Origin: Octopus vulgaris
Lineage: Eukaryota
NCBI GenBank assembly: GCA_951406725.2
Contig: OX597815.1
Location: 95,852,001 to 95,916,000, forward strand
DNA length: 64,000 nt
Direction: 5' to 3'
Numbering within the stretch: the stretch's first letter is position 1; every line of letters starts with the position of its first letter. The notes beneath the pieces were generated by a model. It was not told where the DNA came from. It saw nothing but the letters and a program-made list of their open reading frames with translations, and searched no databases. This document shows positions 38,654-53,383 of this stretch, one piece after another. Both the position numbers and the translations under genes were made by a program.

Positions 38654-40349
38654 TATATATATGTGTGTGTTTGTATGAGTGTGTAAACATGCATGTATAT
38701 AAAATGTCTGTTCGACTTTGCTTTTCTCTGGACAAAAACAATCAAATATGTAGCTATACTTCATATACCTCCAGTTCATGAATATTAATTCTCTGTTTCC
38801 AATAAGCGCATTTTACAGTATAAAATGGCCAGAATTTTCTTTCCCCATGTGCAATAATTTCATGTTTGCAACTGATATTTTACTGGCAATAAAATATCCC
38901 TATGCAATTGTCAGAGTACTGCAAGAGGCACGACTGCCATACTTACCTGAATATATTCCTCTCGAAATTTAGTATTCATGAGCTTCTTTTACGTATTTAT
39001 TTATTACTTGGTATATATTATTGTCTGTTAAAGATGCATTGAATATAAATCTTGTAAATCAGGTTATTGCTTATCCATATTCAATACATTATAGTTTATA
39101 GATTTGTATTTACTTGGCATTCACCTAAACTCAGGAAACGTACGCATATGCATCACTGTCCTATGTATTATGGGAGCATTTTAATGGCTATGTAACACAT
39201 TACAGACTAACGTGTTATTTCAAATATAGTAAGTATTCGTTTATAATACGAAATAGTTTGGATGCAAAACACGAAATCAATGCAAACAAACATTAATTTA
39301 ATTCAAACCAAAAAACATTTGAAAATATAGTTTTGAAATATCAATGTACTACTATTTATTTATATCGCCAAATCTATTCAAAGCTTACAAGTAAATTCTT
39401 ATCTTGGATTATTTCGTTATACCGAGCTAACTATGACTGCTGTTTGTTGCATGAAGTCGATGTATATTATTTGGCTTGCATAAATTTCCTCAATCATTGG
39501 GCGTAACATACTTTAGATTTCTCCTTGTCTTAGAATAAGACTAAATTTCCCCTGTCAACCGGCAGAATATATCTTCTGAAACGAGAATAATACAGGAAAT
39601 AAATATTAATAACACGGCTTACATTTGATGGAAATTGCTGAAGTATTTATGAAGAGTTTCGTTCTTGGCATTTTACTCACAAAGTTACCGTGTATAATCT
39701 AAAATTTGTGTCAGCTAAATCATTAGGACTTATTGATTTTTGTTTATGGCATGTGTTATGCTACCGCACAAACATGGCAGATTTAATAAACTTCAGTTTA
39801 TTATTCAAATCTCCTATAATACGTAACGAGCCATATAAAGCAAACGCAATAATATTCGTTTGCTATTTTCCCTTCTGCTTAAAACTGTTTTTTATCACAA
39901 ATATTCAAATTAATTTTGGAAATATGCTGGATGTTTGGCATAAAACTAAATTGCATTAACTAACACACTGATAAAGAAATAGCTAATCTAATATATTACG
40001 TAATGAATATTGAAATATATTTATAATATCTTGAACGACACAATTTTCTTTTACGTTTTAATCTCCTACAAAATTCCCTCTTTATTTGTTTAACTATACA
40101 TTTCTCTTTCTCCTTCTGGTTTTGTTGAATTCCGTTACATTTCAATAGCTTACTTTCATAACCATATGTATAATGTATCATCCTTGAAGATGCTTATTGT
40201 TTAATTCTAGTTTTTGTTTTTGAAAATAGCCATCTGGGTTAAAACCGGATATACAATTAGACATTATTGTATCCCTTTTATTCCATACCTACTTCAAATA
40301 TAATTGTAAAGCCATATAATAATTCGATTATCAATATTTGTCAACCGTT

Positions 40350-40500
40350 ATGGTTGCGAGCTAAAAGAATCGTTAGCATTTTGGGAAAAATGCTTAGCGG
40401 CATTTCATCCGCCTTTACGTGTTGAGTTCGAATGCTGCCAAGTTCGACTTTGCGTTTTATCCTTTATAGGTCGATAAAATAAGTGCCAGTTGCATTCAGG
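40350..40500 (+). mobile_element. SINE, same family as 29880-30088
   Basis: GAATCGTTAGCA..ATGCTTAGCGGCATTTC..GAGTTCGAATGCTGCC..GGTCGATAAAATAAG. Confidence 0.8.
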
Positions 40501-43099
40501 GAGTACCCGTTGAAAGAGATTTATTTTTAAAAGGTAGAATCTCTTAAAAGTTGGATAGCGTGCATTATCATTATCTCATTTCAACGCATATATGGACTCT
40601 TAGTACATATCAACTATTTTCATTACTATTAAATTACTGTATGCTGATATATTGGAAACACGTTTCCTATCAGCAGGCTTTTAAACTATTACATAATGAG
40701 ACAATAAAAATATCTACTATGTATTATAATAACATCATTTTACTCTTGAACAGCACCCTGCGTTTACAAAGATATGACTGCCATTTCTAGCATGTGGTGA
40801 TATTGCATCAAATTTCTTTATGCGCTCGTGATTGAAATCTTGTTTATGTTGCTGCAATCGAGATTGATGGCGCATTTCATTAATCACCTTCTGTTCGTAC
40901 TGCTCACATTACAGTAGTCAATTCCGCCAATGCTAATTACGATACTAAGGGTCGGTAATGATATTTGTTGTTGTGGTGCTGTTCGCCTTGTTCAGGCAGC
41001 TTCAGCAGTGTTCTGACTAGACATTCGTGTTTTTACTGATATAGATTTTAGTAGAATTTGTGTATAATATGTTGACAATGATATTACAGTTACAAGAAAT
41101 ATTTAAATTATTATCACCAATGCTCTGGCCAGAGTATTAGTTTGTCATCTTCGTTCATGAGGTCTTACTTCTTTTGTGGTTGACGGAGGAATGCAGGAGA
41201 GTCACGTTGAAGTTTTGCATTTCTGCATTAAACTTTCGCAGAAAACTATCGTTTAAAGTCTAGCATAATATTCTGGTTTAATTTTTCAAAAACTAACGTC
41301 GAAATTTCGAACCCAAAAGTTAAGATTTTTGGGAGCTGCATTTTACTTAATTTCCAAATTACATATAGAACTAACACCAATACAACTGATATAATTGATG
41401 ATGATAATTATACCTTATCTTATCTATTTTATTTATGACAAATTAAATCAAAGAATTATCTGGACCAATTTGGTGATTTCTCTTTTGTTCAGTTTTGAAA
41501 AGTGACCGGTGAAATAAAATTAGAATGAACTATGAAACTGAATTTAATTTCTAAGTCAAAAGAAATACATAGGCTTGTGCATAACATTTGTACTCATTAG
41601 GAAGCAATAATTTTTTTGTAGTGATAACCCTAATTATATTATGATGCGTAATGAAAACAATAGGTCCAAATATTGTCATATATTCGTTTGACGTTGAGAA
41701 TGTCAATACATTCAAATACGGAGATAAGTTATATACATTTTTGTGTTCTATTGCAATACATTTTAGTGTTTTGTGCATCATATTAAAATACAGCTATGTA
41801 AATGATGTGTTAAGAGAAGTCACATGAGATTTTAATCAGTGAGAAATGGCAATGACTGCTTTGTGAATATATTGCAATTTAATATTAATATATTGTGTCA
41901 GCAAGAACAATTCAACGTTACTCCTCGTTATTAATTTAGGCCGGAAAATTTTCACGTGAATGATTTATTGCTAGTTGAAGCATATTTTACAGTAAAACAG
42001 GGATGATAAGAGTAAAGGGGAAAAACGAAAGAAATGAGCAGGGATCTACATGTAACATCCATATATATTGTGATGATAATTCAACAATGCACGAAAGGCA
42101 ATTTTTAATGCCTGTTATAGTTTATGAATTAATACTTTTCATCAGTAAGAACGCAAATAAGAATGTCAGCTTTAAAAAGAATAATGCACGTGTTCGCAGC
42201 TACGGACATTTGGAGAATGATTGCTGGCTTTGAATTAAAGACGAAAGAGAATTTATATAGATATGTATGTATAGAAAACATATAGGTGAAATATTCCTGA
42301 ATAAATCACTCGTGTTGTTATAAATATTCCAAATAAAAGCTAACAATGCATTCGTAGTTTGGTCCTATGTTGCACAGAGGAACAGACCTAGCAAACTTTG
42401 CTAAAAAATATAAGATACTTCTCCATTTTAACTGTTTAATATATTAGATTATGTCAGTTTAAATGTATCAGAAAAACGAACAGCGAATAAAAATAACTGT
42501 GTATATTACATTAAATACTTGTAACATGCACTTCGTTACTTTATTTAAAGGGGCAATTAAGATAGCATGGGTGAGTGACACCTGTAAATAATACTAAAAA
42601 GATGCAACATTACAACTGCATAGAGTGGAGAAGTGTCTGATAAATGGTGAAAAAGAGAAACTAAAACGTTATAAACAGCAAGAATATGGAAGTGTGAGAA
42701 TGAAAAGCCTAAAAAGATACAAGAAGGAAGGTTTTGAAAAATATGTGCGTATCAAGAGTAATGTAATGTGTTGGATAATATGTTCCAACGTAGAGAATGT
42801 TTGAGAAATAAAATATTCAGAAATTGTGCTCATATACGCTACATATCAATTGCTTCTGAGATTTCATATACGTATTTTTTTCTATGCAGTAAATAGTACA
42901 ACATGTAAGTCTTAATGAATTCTCTTGAGAATGATTCATTAGCATCTATTCTTAGTAGAAAATTAGATGAATAAATCTGCATATTGTGCAAGTACATTTA
43001 CCTTCCCTCTATACGCGCATTCCAGTGCATAAATGTAAGTTTCTCGCATGTAGAAGGTCATGAATAACACCCCCTATCGTTATTATTGTTATTATTATT

Positions 43100-43287
43100 A
43101 TCATTATTATTTTGGTTCGGATCCGGTTCGGTCACATTCCTGGTAGAATTTATATGGGTGGCAGGTTGCTACCTGTAACCTTAGTTATCCGCAAGTTTTT
43201 CAAATCTTTCAAGAGCTTAGAACACTCATGATAATCCTAGCAGTCCCTAAGAGGCAAACTTTGTGTAGATCTACCCAGCATTTTATT
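43100..43287 (-). mobile_element. R4/Dong-like LINE extreme 3' end
   Basis: Minus KVCLLGTARIIMSVLSS*, then UTR and (AAT)n. Confidence 0.65.
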
Positions 43288-43420
43288 CCTTCTTCTTCTT
43301 CTTCTTCTTCTTCTTCTTCTTCTTCTTCTTCTTCTTCTCCACCTGCTCCTCCTCCTCCTTCTTCTTCTTCTTCTCCTCCTTCTTCTTCTTCTTCTTCTCC
43401 TTCTTCTTCTTCTTCTTCTT

Positions 43421-43492
<72 letters not shown>
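43288..43492. repeat. (CTT/CCT)n plus (ATT)n microsatellite
   Basis: Seen directly. Confidence 0.95.
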
Positions 43493-43495
<3 letters not shown>

Positions 43496-43780
43496 TAATT
43501 TTTTTTTATAGCGTGCTTTCACTTCACTACCGAGCGCAGCTCTATGTGCATTTGGTATGTGCTGTGTTTTGTTGTGATGCTCTGATGGTTACTGTATTGA
43601 AAGTGTTTTGCGTAGGATGTGGGCAGTGCCCAGTAGTGCAATTTTCTGTATGTTATATGTGTTTGTAAATCCTGGTGTTTTTGTTATATATTTGTCTTAA
43701 TATTTTTTACCATGCCTAATGTACCTACTATGATAGGAATTGTTTCTGTTTTTAGATTCCAAATTCGAGTTACCTCTATT
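43493..43780 (-). mobile_element. R4/Dong-like LINE 3' fragment
   Basis: Reverse complement of ~43960-44250. Confidence 0.9.
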
Positions 43781-43818
43781 ATAATTATAATAATAATAAT
43801 TTTAATAATAATAATAAT

Positions 43819-44250
43819 AGAGAAATTAAGGCCAACAGACCAGATATAGTTGTCAGAGATCATGAAGAAAAAAAATGCTTTCTAATTGATGTGTCAATAC
43901 CGGCAGATGACAACGTGTCTCTAAAAGAAATGGAGAAACTCTCAAAATACAAAGACCTGGAAATAGAGGTAACTAGAATGTGGAACCTGAAAACAGAAAC
44001 AATTCCTATCATAGTAGGTGCATTAGGCATGATAAAAAAATATTCAGACAAATACATAACAAAAACACCAGGACTTACAAACACATATAACATACAGAAA
44101 ATTGCACTACTAGGCACTGCACACATCCTACGCAGAACACTTTCCATACAATAACCATCAGAGCATCACAACAAATCACATCACTTCCCAAGGCACACAG
44201 AGCTGCGCTCGGTAGTGAAGTGAAAGCACGCTATAAAAATAAAACTACTG
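43819..44250 (+). mobile_element. R4/Dong-like LINE 3' fragment with open RLE frame
   Basis: REIKANRPDIVVRDHEEKKCFLIDVSIPADD..EKLSKYKDL..LLGTAHILRRTLSIQ*; ends ACTACTG(AAT)n. Confidence 0.9.
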
Positions 44251-44319
44251 AATAATAATAATAATAATAATAATTATTATTAATAATGTTGTATTATTAT
44301 TATTATTATTGCATTTCTG

Positions 44320-44347
<28 letters not shown>

Positions 44348-44350
<3 letters not shown>

Positions 44351-46650
44351 TAGTTTTATTTTTATAGCGTGCTTTCACTTCACTACCGAGCGCAGCTCTT
44401 GACCTGTGCCTCTAGGTATGTGCTGTGATTTGTTGTGATGCTCTGATGGTTATTGTATGGAAAGTGTTCTGCGTTCTATGTTGGCATAGCTTCCAATGTA
44501 TGTAGGTTCCAACTCTGTCATGTCTGTGAATATATTCCTTCTTAGCCAGGACTGGGCAGCTAGAGATAATATGATTTATTGTTTCTTGTCCATCTCCCCA
44601 TATTCTGCAGTTACTTGTTATATTTCTTTTCATTACATTTTTTTGATAATTTCTGGTGTGGAGGCTTTGGTTTTGTGCTGCAATTAACAATCCCTCTGTC
44701 TCTGCTTTGAGTCCTGAGCTTCTCAACCATTGCTGGGATTTTTCTTTGTCTATTTCTTTTGCATTTAGTTTAATCCAGTATTTGCCATGAAGGGGCTTTT
44801 CTTGCCGTCGTTTGATCATGGTTCGTTGCTGTTCTAAGTTTTAGTTTGGATTTCATTTGTTTTATAGCTTTTGTTGTTTCTTCATCATCTTCTTCTTCTT
44901 CTTATTTATTAGGTGGTATGATTTCTTGTTTGTATTTGTCAGCTTCCTTAAATACTGAGAACAGTTTTTTGTTTTGCTCGTGTTTTGCCGCTATTTGTAT
45001 CAGGTTTCCTTCCTTCTGAAGTAGATATTTTTGCAGTCCTATAGTGGTTATTTTATAGTTTTTTCCAGCTGTATAAGGCCTCTACCACATTCTATACGTT
45101 GTATATATAGTCTTTCTATGTCAGATTTTGGGTGATGCATCCTAGATCCTGTCATTATTTTTCTTGTTTTCCTATCTATTTTGGTCAGTTCATTTAGTGT
45201 CCAGTTAAGGATATTGTAGCTGTAACTTATAACTGGGACAGCTAAAGTGTTAATACCTATTATCTTGTTTTAAGCATTGAGCTCTGTTTTTAGTATTGAT
45301 CTAACTCGTCTATAATATTCTTTTTTAATTTTCTCTTTCATTTGTGTGTGTTGTGTCTTATCTAGTTCATGGATTCCTATGTATGTGTAAGTTTGGCTTT
45401 GGTCTAATTCTTTTATTTCATTGGTTTTATCTAGTGTGATGTTGCTACTCTTAACTAGTTTTCCTCTTTTCATGGTTACTTTGGCGCATTTTTCTAATCC
45501 AAATTTCATATCTATTTCTTTAGTAAATCCATGAACTGTCTTTAATAGTGTTTCCAGATGTTTGTCATTTGCAGCGTATAGTTTTAGGTCATCCATATAT
45601 AAAAGGTGGCTGATCGTTTTGCCGTAACATTTATATCCACATCCAGTTCTATTTAGCATATCCGATAGAGGTGACAGTGCCAAGCAGAAAAGGAGTGGAG
45701 AGAGCGTGTCTCCCTGGAATATTCCTCTTCTAATGGGGATGGCTTTGGTTTTCATGAGTCCCTCTTTTGTTTGGAGCTGTAGCACTGTTTGCCATTTATT
45801 CATAGAGTGCTCTATGAATTTTATAAGGGTTGGTGCTACTTTGTTAATGGCTAGTGTTGCGAGGATCCATGTGTGGGGGATGCTATCAAACGTCTTTTTG
45901 TAGTCGATCCAGGCCATACTGAGGCCTTTCTTCTTTCTGTGGCTGTCTTCAGTTATGGCTTTATTAATCATTAGTTGATCTTTACAGCCATATGAATCTT
46001 TGCGGCATCCTTTCTGCTCTTCTGGAAACAGGTTGTTTTCGTCCAGGTGCTTGTTCAACCTTTGCGATATCACTGCAGTAAATGCCTTGAACATTGTAGG
46101 GAGACAGGTTATTTGTCTGTAGTTTTCTGGTTTTGCTGTCTCATTTAATTTGGGAATTAAGATGGTTTTCCCTTTCGTGAGCCATTCATGCATTGTCTCT
46201 GGCTCTGCTAGTATGCTGTTAAAGTTTTCAGCCAGCTTTTTGTGCATTCCTGTTAAATATTTCAACCAGAAGTTGGGGATCTTGTCATGCTCATGTGCCT
46301 TCCAGTTGCTTAGTCTTTGCAGTGCCTGGGTGACCTCTTCAGTTGTTATGGGGGTGCAAAGTTGCTCAGATGCTGAGTTTGTTGTTTTAATACTCCTTTT
46401 TGTTTTTGGTTGTTCGTTCGCCGACCATATTTCTCTCCAGAATTCTTCCACTTCTTCTGCCGTTGGTGCTGCAGTGATTTCTATTTTATTTTTGCCAAGT
46501 TCTTGGTAGAACTTTTTGGGGTTGGAGCCGAACTTTTTGTTTTGTTCAAAGAAGCGCTGGCGTTTCTCGTACCGTCGGATCCTTTGTGCTTTGGGAAGGA
46601 CATCTTGCTTCAGCTTTTCTTTTATCCCAAGTAAATCTTTTTCTGTGATG
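44348..46650 (-). mobile_element. Young R4/Dong-like LINE, 5'-truncated, RLE domain deleted
   Basis: 393-aa open RT frame; (AAT)n at both ends; jumps from HWKLCQH directly to the 3' terminus near 44476. Confidence 0.92.
45270..46451 (-). pseudogene. Non-LTR reverse transcriptase ORF fragment (R4/Dong-like)
   Basis: NYRQITCL, EQKG, WIDYKKTFDSIPH, RGIFQGDTLSPLLF, HLLYMDDLKL. Confidence 0.9.
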
Positions 46651-46728
<78 letters not shown>

Positions 46729-46929
46729 CTTTCACTTTTGCTTTGTATTTGTATTTGACTTATCTCACCCCGAGACCTGAAGAGACAAGTTAAACGTTCA
46801 AGTTAGTGTTATGCCTAGGATGTCATATATTTGGTTTTGCACATATTATGGTCCTATAAAATGTTTAAGATAAGAAAATTATAATTTTTTCTTTTAAATT
46901 TGAGATTACGTAGACAGTATTTTACGTAG

Positions 46930-49800
46930 TTGTTATTATTATTCTCCTTTAGCTCCTCTTTAGCCCACTTCCGAATTCTAGCGCCATACTGGACTACTGC
47001 GACGGCACGCGAGCTCATTGCCGAAATTATAATTCTTGCATTCAGTTTTGAAGTCAATATTTTTCTAACTCGCCGCAGGTACTCTCTATTTGTCTTTTCC
47101 CTCATGTCGTGGTGTTTGATCCCATCTGCCTCAAGTATTTCCAGTTATTTATAGCTGGAATGAGTTTGAATTGCCATCATCATTTTACCACTTAACAAAC
47201 AATATGCCTTCTGTCCTGGCATGCTTTCCTCGTCTCATCACAATCGTAGCACATTTTGAGTGCCCATCTTAATATCAATCTTTTGAATCTCCATCTTAAT
47301 ATCAATGGACAAACTCCGCGAACACTGAACTAGGCTGTCCAGTTCTGCCTCGGGTTTTATGAATAGCTTCATGTCGTTCATGAATAGCAAGTGGTTTAGT
47401 CTTCCCTTACCTCTTCGCGGATCATACCTTAACTTTGTTTTCTGCAGTATTTCACTCAAGGGGATCAATCATTCCCAGCGCGAATATCAGTAGGGACACA
47501 TTGTTTCCCTGAAAGATTCCACTCTCATTTTCACCACTCCTAACTCTTGATTCCCTGCTTTCAATTCCTTTCTCCTACATTTCATGCTATTCCTTATAAG
47601 GTTTCTCATATTATCTGCTACGCCATACATTTCCATTGTTCTTATCAAGAAGTGTAGTGTGATATCGTATGCTTTGCTATAGACAACCCATGCCATGCGC
47701 AGGTTTGTATGTCTTCTCTTGCAGTTCCTGATAATTAGATTATCAATTAAGAGCTGACACTTCGTTCCCTGCTCCTTTTTCGGCACCCTTTCTGTTTAAC
47801 GAATAGCAGCCCACATTTTTACAAGTATCTGTACAGTTCACCGGCCAAAGCCCTTAACGTTAGTTTCCACATTAGCGGAAGACATCTTAGTGGTCCAAAT
47901 TTCCATTTTCAGGATCCTTTGCACATAACAATGTCTTCCCTTTGTTATCCAGCTTTATACTCCGTCTTACTCCGCCTTACATTCATCTACCAGTTAGTGT
48001 ATCCTTTCATGTAACTCTCTCACTTCTTCATCAGGTAATCTTCGAACCCGCCCGGTCCTGGGTTCTTCCAATTTCGAATTTTCTTGTTTTTTTTATTAAT
48101 CATTTCTGTAGTTATTTTTATGTCATCTTGTACTTCTATATTTCTTAACCTATTTTGGATTTCATGTAACCAACTTCGCTTCATCATTATGCTCTACAGG
48201 TTTGTCCCAGATCCCTCTTCAGAATGACTTGCTTTACTCTGCATCTTGTATCATTGTTATGTGTATTTGCCCATCTATGTCCTGAAACAGTTTCTTCTGA
48301 TTTACTTCAAACAATGCATTTTGCCTTACCTGTCTTTTTCTATTGTCATATATTTCCAGTTTTGCATTGATTGCTACTACTCTTTGTTTCAGTTCTTCCA
48401 ATGTAACATCATAACTTTACCTCTTATTCTGTATGTACTTTCCATCATTATTCTTATGCTTTGTTTGGCAATTCCCTTCTCAATCTATCAATTTGTCCTA
48501 ATTATATTTTTAACTTCGTCATACATTCGTCTACGCCAGTATGCTTCTTTACGTTGTGTTTGTTTTTTTCGTTTGTACCTAACTCTATCTGCAGCAACCA
48601 TAGCTGCAGCCTAAATAATCTTGTTAATTTCCGTCATATTTCCCCTCTGAAATAGCCCAAGAACCGAATAAGTCTTTTGGGTTTCAACTCGTGCCTTCGT
48701 CGATCAATGTACCTCAGGTTGGGGGGGGGGCTTGATCCTAGTCTTTTCTAATATATCGGTACAGTGTCCGCACTATGTCTTGTTGGTCCACATCGTATTC
48801 TTTTGATATAGCTCTTCTTATTACTTCTGCTTCATTTTCTGAGAATGCATTTATATTTACACATTTCTCTACGTCTTCACTGCCGCCTTTAATTTTTCTT
48901 TTCCCACGGAGCATATTATCTTTTGGTGAAATATTATTTCTATCTTCTACTTGCCTTTTTATCTCTTCTATTTCAATATATGTTAACCATCTATATGCTC
49001 TTATTGCTCTTGCCTGGTCGGTTAAACATTGCTCACTTGTTTTGAAAAGTGCTATCTCATTCCATTTTGCTTTCATTCGTTGTCGGAATCCACTTCTACC
49101 TATTTCACTCTTGACCCAGCATTCAATCACCGTTCGTTTTGCCTCCTTGTCTCACCTTCTACTCTGCCACTGGCCTTGGGTACAAGCAGTCTCTAGATGA
49201 CGAACGGGCTTGTGCTGCCCAACCACAGGGCACCTGCCGGCCGAAAGATATTCACCTTTGACTCCAGCCTCATTAACACCGTTATTTGATACGTTTATAT
49301 TAGATATTTTCACTCAACATCGTGATATCTTTTCTAAGTTTAGCCACCGACCGATATTTTTATCGAGATACCATCTGTAGTAAGATTGTCAACCAAGACT
49401 GCAGAGCTCTTACTACTCATAAGTTGGGCCTGTTCCCTTCGTATTTCTGTGTGTTGGGGATTATGACCGTAATTCACACTAGGAGACATGCCAGCGTCAT
49501 CCGAATAATGTTCCGGAGTTAAGTTTATTCGCCATCCCAGGCATGGAGACGTTGGACACTGACACGTTGTCACTACTTTAACTAAGGAGTCCTATCTACT
49601 CCAGTTTTAAATCAGAGTGTTCCTTCTCCTAGACAGACGGCCAACGAAGGCACACGAGTTCTGTCTACCTGTTTTCGGAATTGCCATTGACTCTTCTGAG
49701 TTCCTCTGCTCTTTGTCGGGATTTGCTCTTAATTCTGCAGGGTGTTGAATATCCACCCTCCTCAAGAAGCAAGCTCAGTGGGGTTTCCGGTTTAGTCGCC
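46930..49800 (-). mobile_element. Older R4/Dong-like LINE, 5' region and RT
   Basis: SEQCLTDQARAIR..WL N-terminal motif, MAWVVYSKAYD, NHLLFMNDMKL, EYLRRVRKILTSKLNA. The 5' boundary is approximate. Confidence 0.8.
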
Positions 49801-50344
49801 ACTTGTTAATCATGGTAGGTAATTATTCACTTGTTCACTATCATAATTTCAGTGTTACTACTATAATCTCTAACTTTTACACTTGTTTACTACTATAGTT
49901 TCACAATTATTATTATACCTGTACTATACCGAAAACCCATTGGAAGAGGTGATGGAGAAGAGAAAGGAGGGGAGGGGTATTTTAATTATTGCTATTATTA
50001 TGTAGTCAGCTCGGTGGCCAGCCGGCACAGTCATCAGCACGAAGGACAAAATTTCTTGGCTGCATTCATTTCGGCACCCCATTCTGAGTTCAAATTCTCA
50101 CATTGCAAATAACATGTAATATTCCGTTCAAAACTTGTCTACAGTCGTTAGGCCCTTCGTTCTATAGTTACAAACAATTATTGATGAATTAGTGTCTAAA
50201 GAACAGGATGTTATTCATAATATATTTGTTGTTGTTTGTTTTGCTTGTTTCGCTGTAGCATTTCTACATCAGCTTTGATTCAGTTATTCACTACCTCTAG
50301 ATATCAAACCACTTCCGTTACATTGCTGTTTGCAATATTGGATT

Positions 50345-50480
50345 GAAATTGTGGCACACAGCCTGCAATTTCGGGGAAAGAGGCAAGTCAATTACATCGA
50401 CCACAGTGCTTGAATTGTACTTATTTTATCGACTATGAAAGAATAAAAGGCGAAGTCGACCCTATTCGAACTCAGGCGAA
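50345..50480 (-). mobile_element. Decayed SINE fragment, same family as 29880-30088
   Basis: GTACTTATTTTATCGACTATGAAAGAATAAAAGGCGAAGTCGACC..CGAACTCAG. Confidence 0.65.
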
Positions 50481-52402
50481 ATTCACCTAGGCTTATTTCC
50501 TTTAAATGGTACCGATAATTGTTCTCAGTCCCTCCATAATGAACTAGGTCTCCTTTTTTTCAAATTAACTCCCACTTATAGTACTACATCCATATACGCT
50601 CATACACACACATATATCATCCAGTGGTAAGGTATATCATATAATCTTACAAGGGAATATTTAATCTGTTTTATAATATATGCAAAGAAAATATCTGTAT
50701 TACATGAAGTAATGTTTGGTTGTCACCCTCAATCCCTCCTTTACATAATAGTGGTGATTTATTTATCTAGCTTTCATTCTCGTATAAACTTATTCGATCA
50801 GTTTCTGATATCGATTATCTCGCTAAAGTATGCATTCCATTTGGTTAGGAGTTCGATTCGATCCCTATAAAAGAATGTTCCAAAGATGCTATGACATAAT
50901 TCATCTGGACCCAATCTTTTATATTCAAACGTAGTCTAATTTCCCCAAATAGCAACGTCCACAGCCATTAATTTCCATGGCAGAATATGGTTTTTGCTCT
51001 TATGTAAATGGTCATGAATATATTTCGATTTATTTATTTTATGTTTATAATCTTTTACACTTCTTTCGAATCCTTTTGCTAACATGATAATCTTTTTCCT
51101 ATGCTTGAAAACCAACGGAGATATGTTGTCAAGTATTTTGTACAGTCTACACTATAAATGTGATTCTCAATACCGTAATAAGTATGGCATTAATGAATTA
51201 TTTAATCTGTGATAGGGTAGAAATATATCTCCCCGCATTGCATCGTTTAATGTTGATATTTATATTTTTTATATATTTGTTGCGGATATTGCGTTTGAAA
51301 TTCAATGAGTAGTATTCTGATGTTAATTTCATTTTAGTTAGTTTAAGTTTCTCATATTGAAACTGCAGTCGTGGCTGGGATACATGTACATTTAGTGTTT
51401 TTAATATTCATTATTTTGAAATCCGAAATTATATTCCGAATTCTTTTTGATATTTACTCTTTTGCTATAGTCGATTATAAGGTTTCCTTCCTTGCTTTCT
51501 TCCATTTTCAAATAAATATGTGTATTGATATCTCTGTTTGTATTCCCATATTTCAGTATATGGATTTAATATGATAGTTTCCGTTGTAATTAATTTTCAA
51601 TTTTTACCACATTTTTTAATGTAGCTGATTAATCTTGATATATTTTCTTTTTTAATTAATTTTTTGGTTATTTACTCTGTATTCAGCATATACACCATCG
51701 AATCATACATAAAGAGATGCTTTACAATTTACGTATAGAATTCAATACAACTGATGTTTTGATAGCAGAAACCCCTTACTTTTGTCAGAGCTACATAGAA
51801 AGTATTGACAGAGAATTGATTCTAGCTGGTAGAAATTGGAACTTACTGAGAGAAACTCAGTTTATATTTTATTTACCTTTTACCTCGATTTGTCTTTTTA
51901 TGTTTTAGATTTCTGCAAATAAAGTTGATAGATTCACTGACTTAATCTTGGACTTTCATGATATACTCTCTTACTATCTGCAATCTATACAGTAACCCTA
52001 AACTTTGACATTATGATGTTGAATGTCATTTAACAATCGGTCCATGGCTTTGCTTAGCAGTGTCTTTTGTTCTGCTATATTTTGTAACTTTCCCATTTAT
52101 CAATATTTGTTACTTACACCCACATATATACTTTCAACAACAATATTTTACTTCATTTGATAAGACACCTTTATCTTTTAGATGAGTAAGTAATTCTTGG
52201 AGATTATACATGTCCAAATATTATCCTACAGCTTTGGAGCTCTCAACAGTTTTATTACATTTAGAATTCATATAATTTTCTTTCTCTATTAATTAGTCGG
52301 CTGTCGATTTTGATCTCTGTAATAATTCAATATATAGTATATGAATACAAACATACGAACAGAACTATACCGATCCACAAGCACAGACACTCATACAGAC
52401 AC

Positions 52403-52680
<278 letters not shown>

Positions 52681-53126
52681 TACACACGTGCAGACACACA
52701 TATATGTGTAAATAGTTTAGCTTAAAATTAGTGACTTTATTAACCTGGAGACATTCTATTGCATTTAATTTTGATGGTGTTATTAAATTCCTCACAATTT
52801 ATTCTATGCTATTTCTTCCTCTTATTTCTTTCCTTTGCAATTACTCTCCTTTATTTTCGTCGCTCATATTTTGATTTTATTGTTCCGGTTTTAATGGAAC
52901 TTGTTTTATTGACATTACAGCAGCCTATTCTATAATTTACAACTGGTGTTGCGGCTGCCGAGTCGAGATAGAGTTATGAAGTTTATTTCCCTATAATAAT
53001 AAATAATAAACACACGGTGTTTATATCAAATATTTAGACTTTCTGAGCATTTCACATTCGAATAATTTAATTGAGGTTGACTATATTTGGGGAAGATGGA
53101 ATACACTGTTGGTTTTTGATTTTAGT

Positions 53127-53289
53127 CAGGAGCGGCTATGTGGTAAGTAGGTAAGTAGCTTACTAACGAACCACATAGTTCCGGTTTCAGTCCCACTGCA
53201 TGGCATCGTGGACAAGTGTCTTTCACTTTAGCCTCGGGCCGAACAAAGTCTTGTGAGTAGATTTGGTAAACGGAAACTGAAAGAAGACC

Positions 53290-53383
<94 letters not shown>

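Noticed and set aside
45270-46451. RT as a functional gene, retron or DGR
   Set aside because: Part of a 5'-truncated LINE with a downstream stop and deleted endonuclease.
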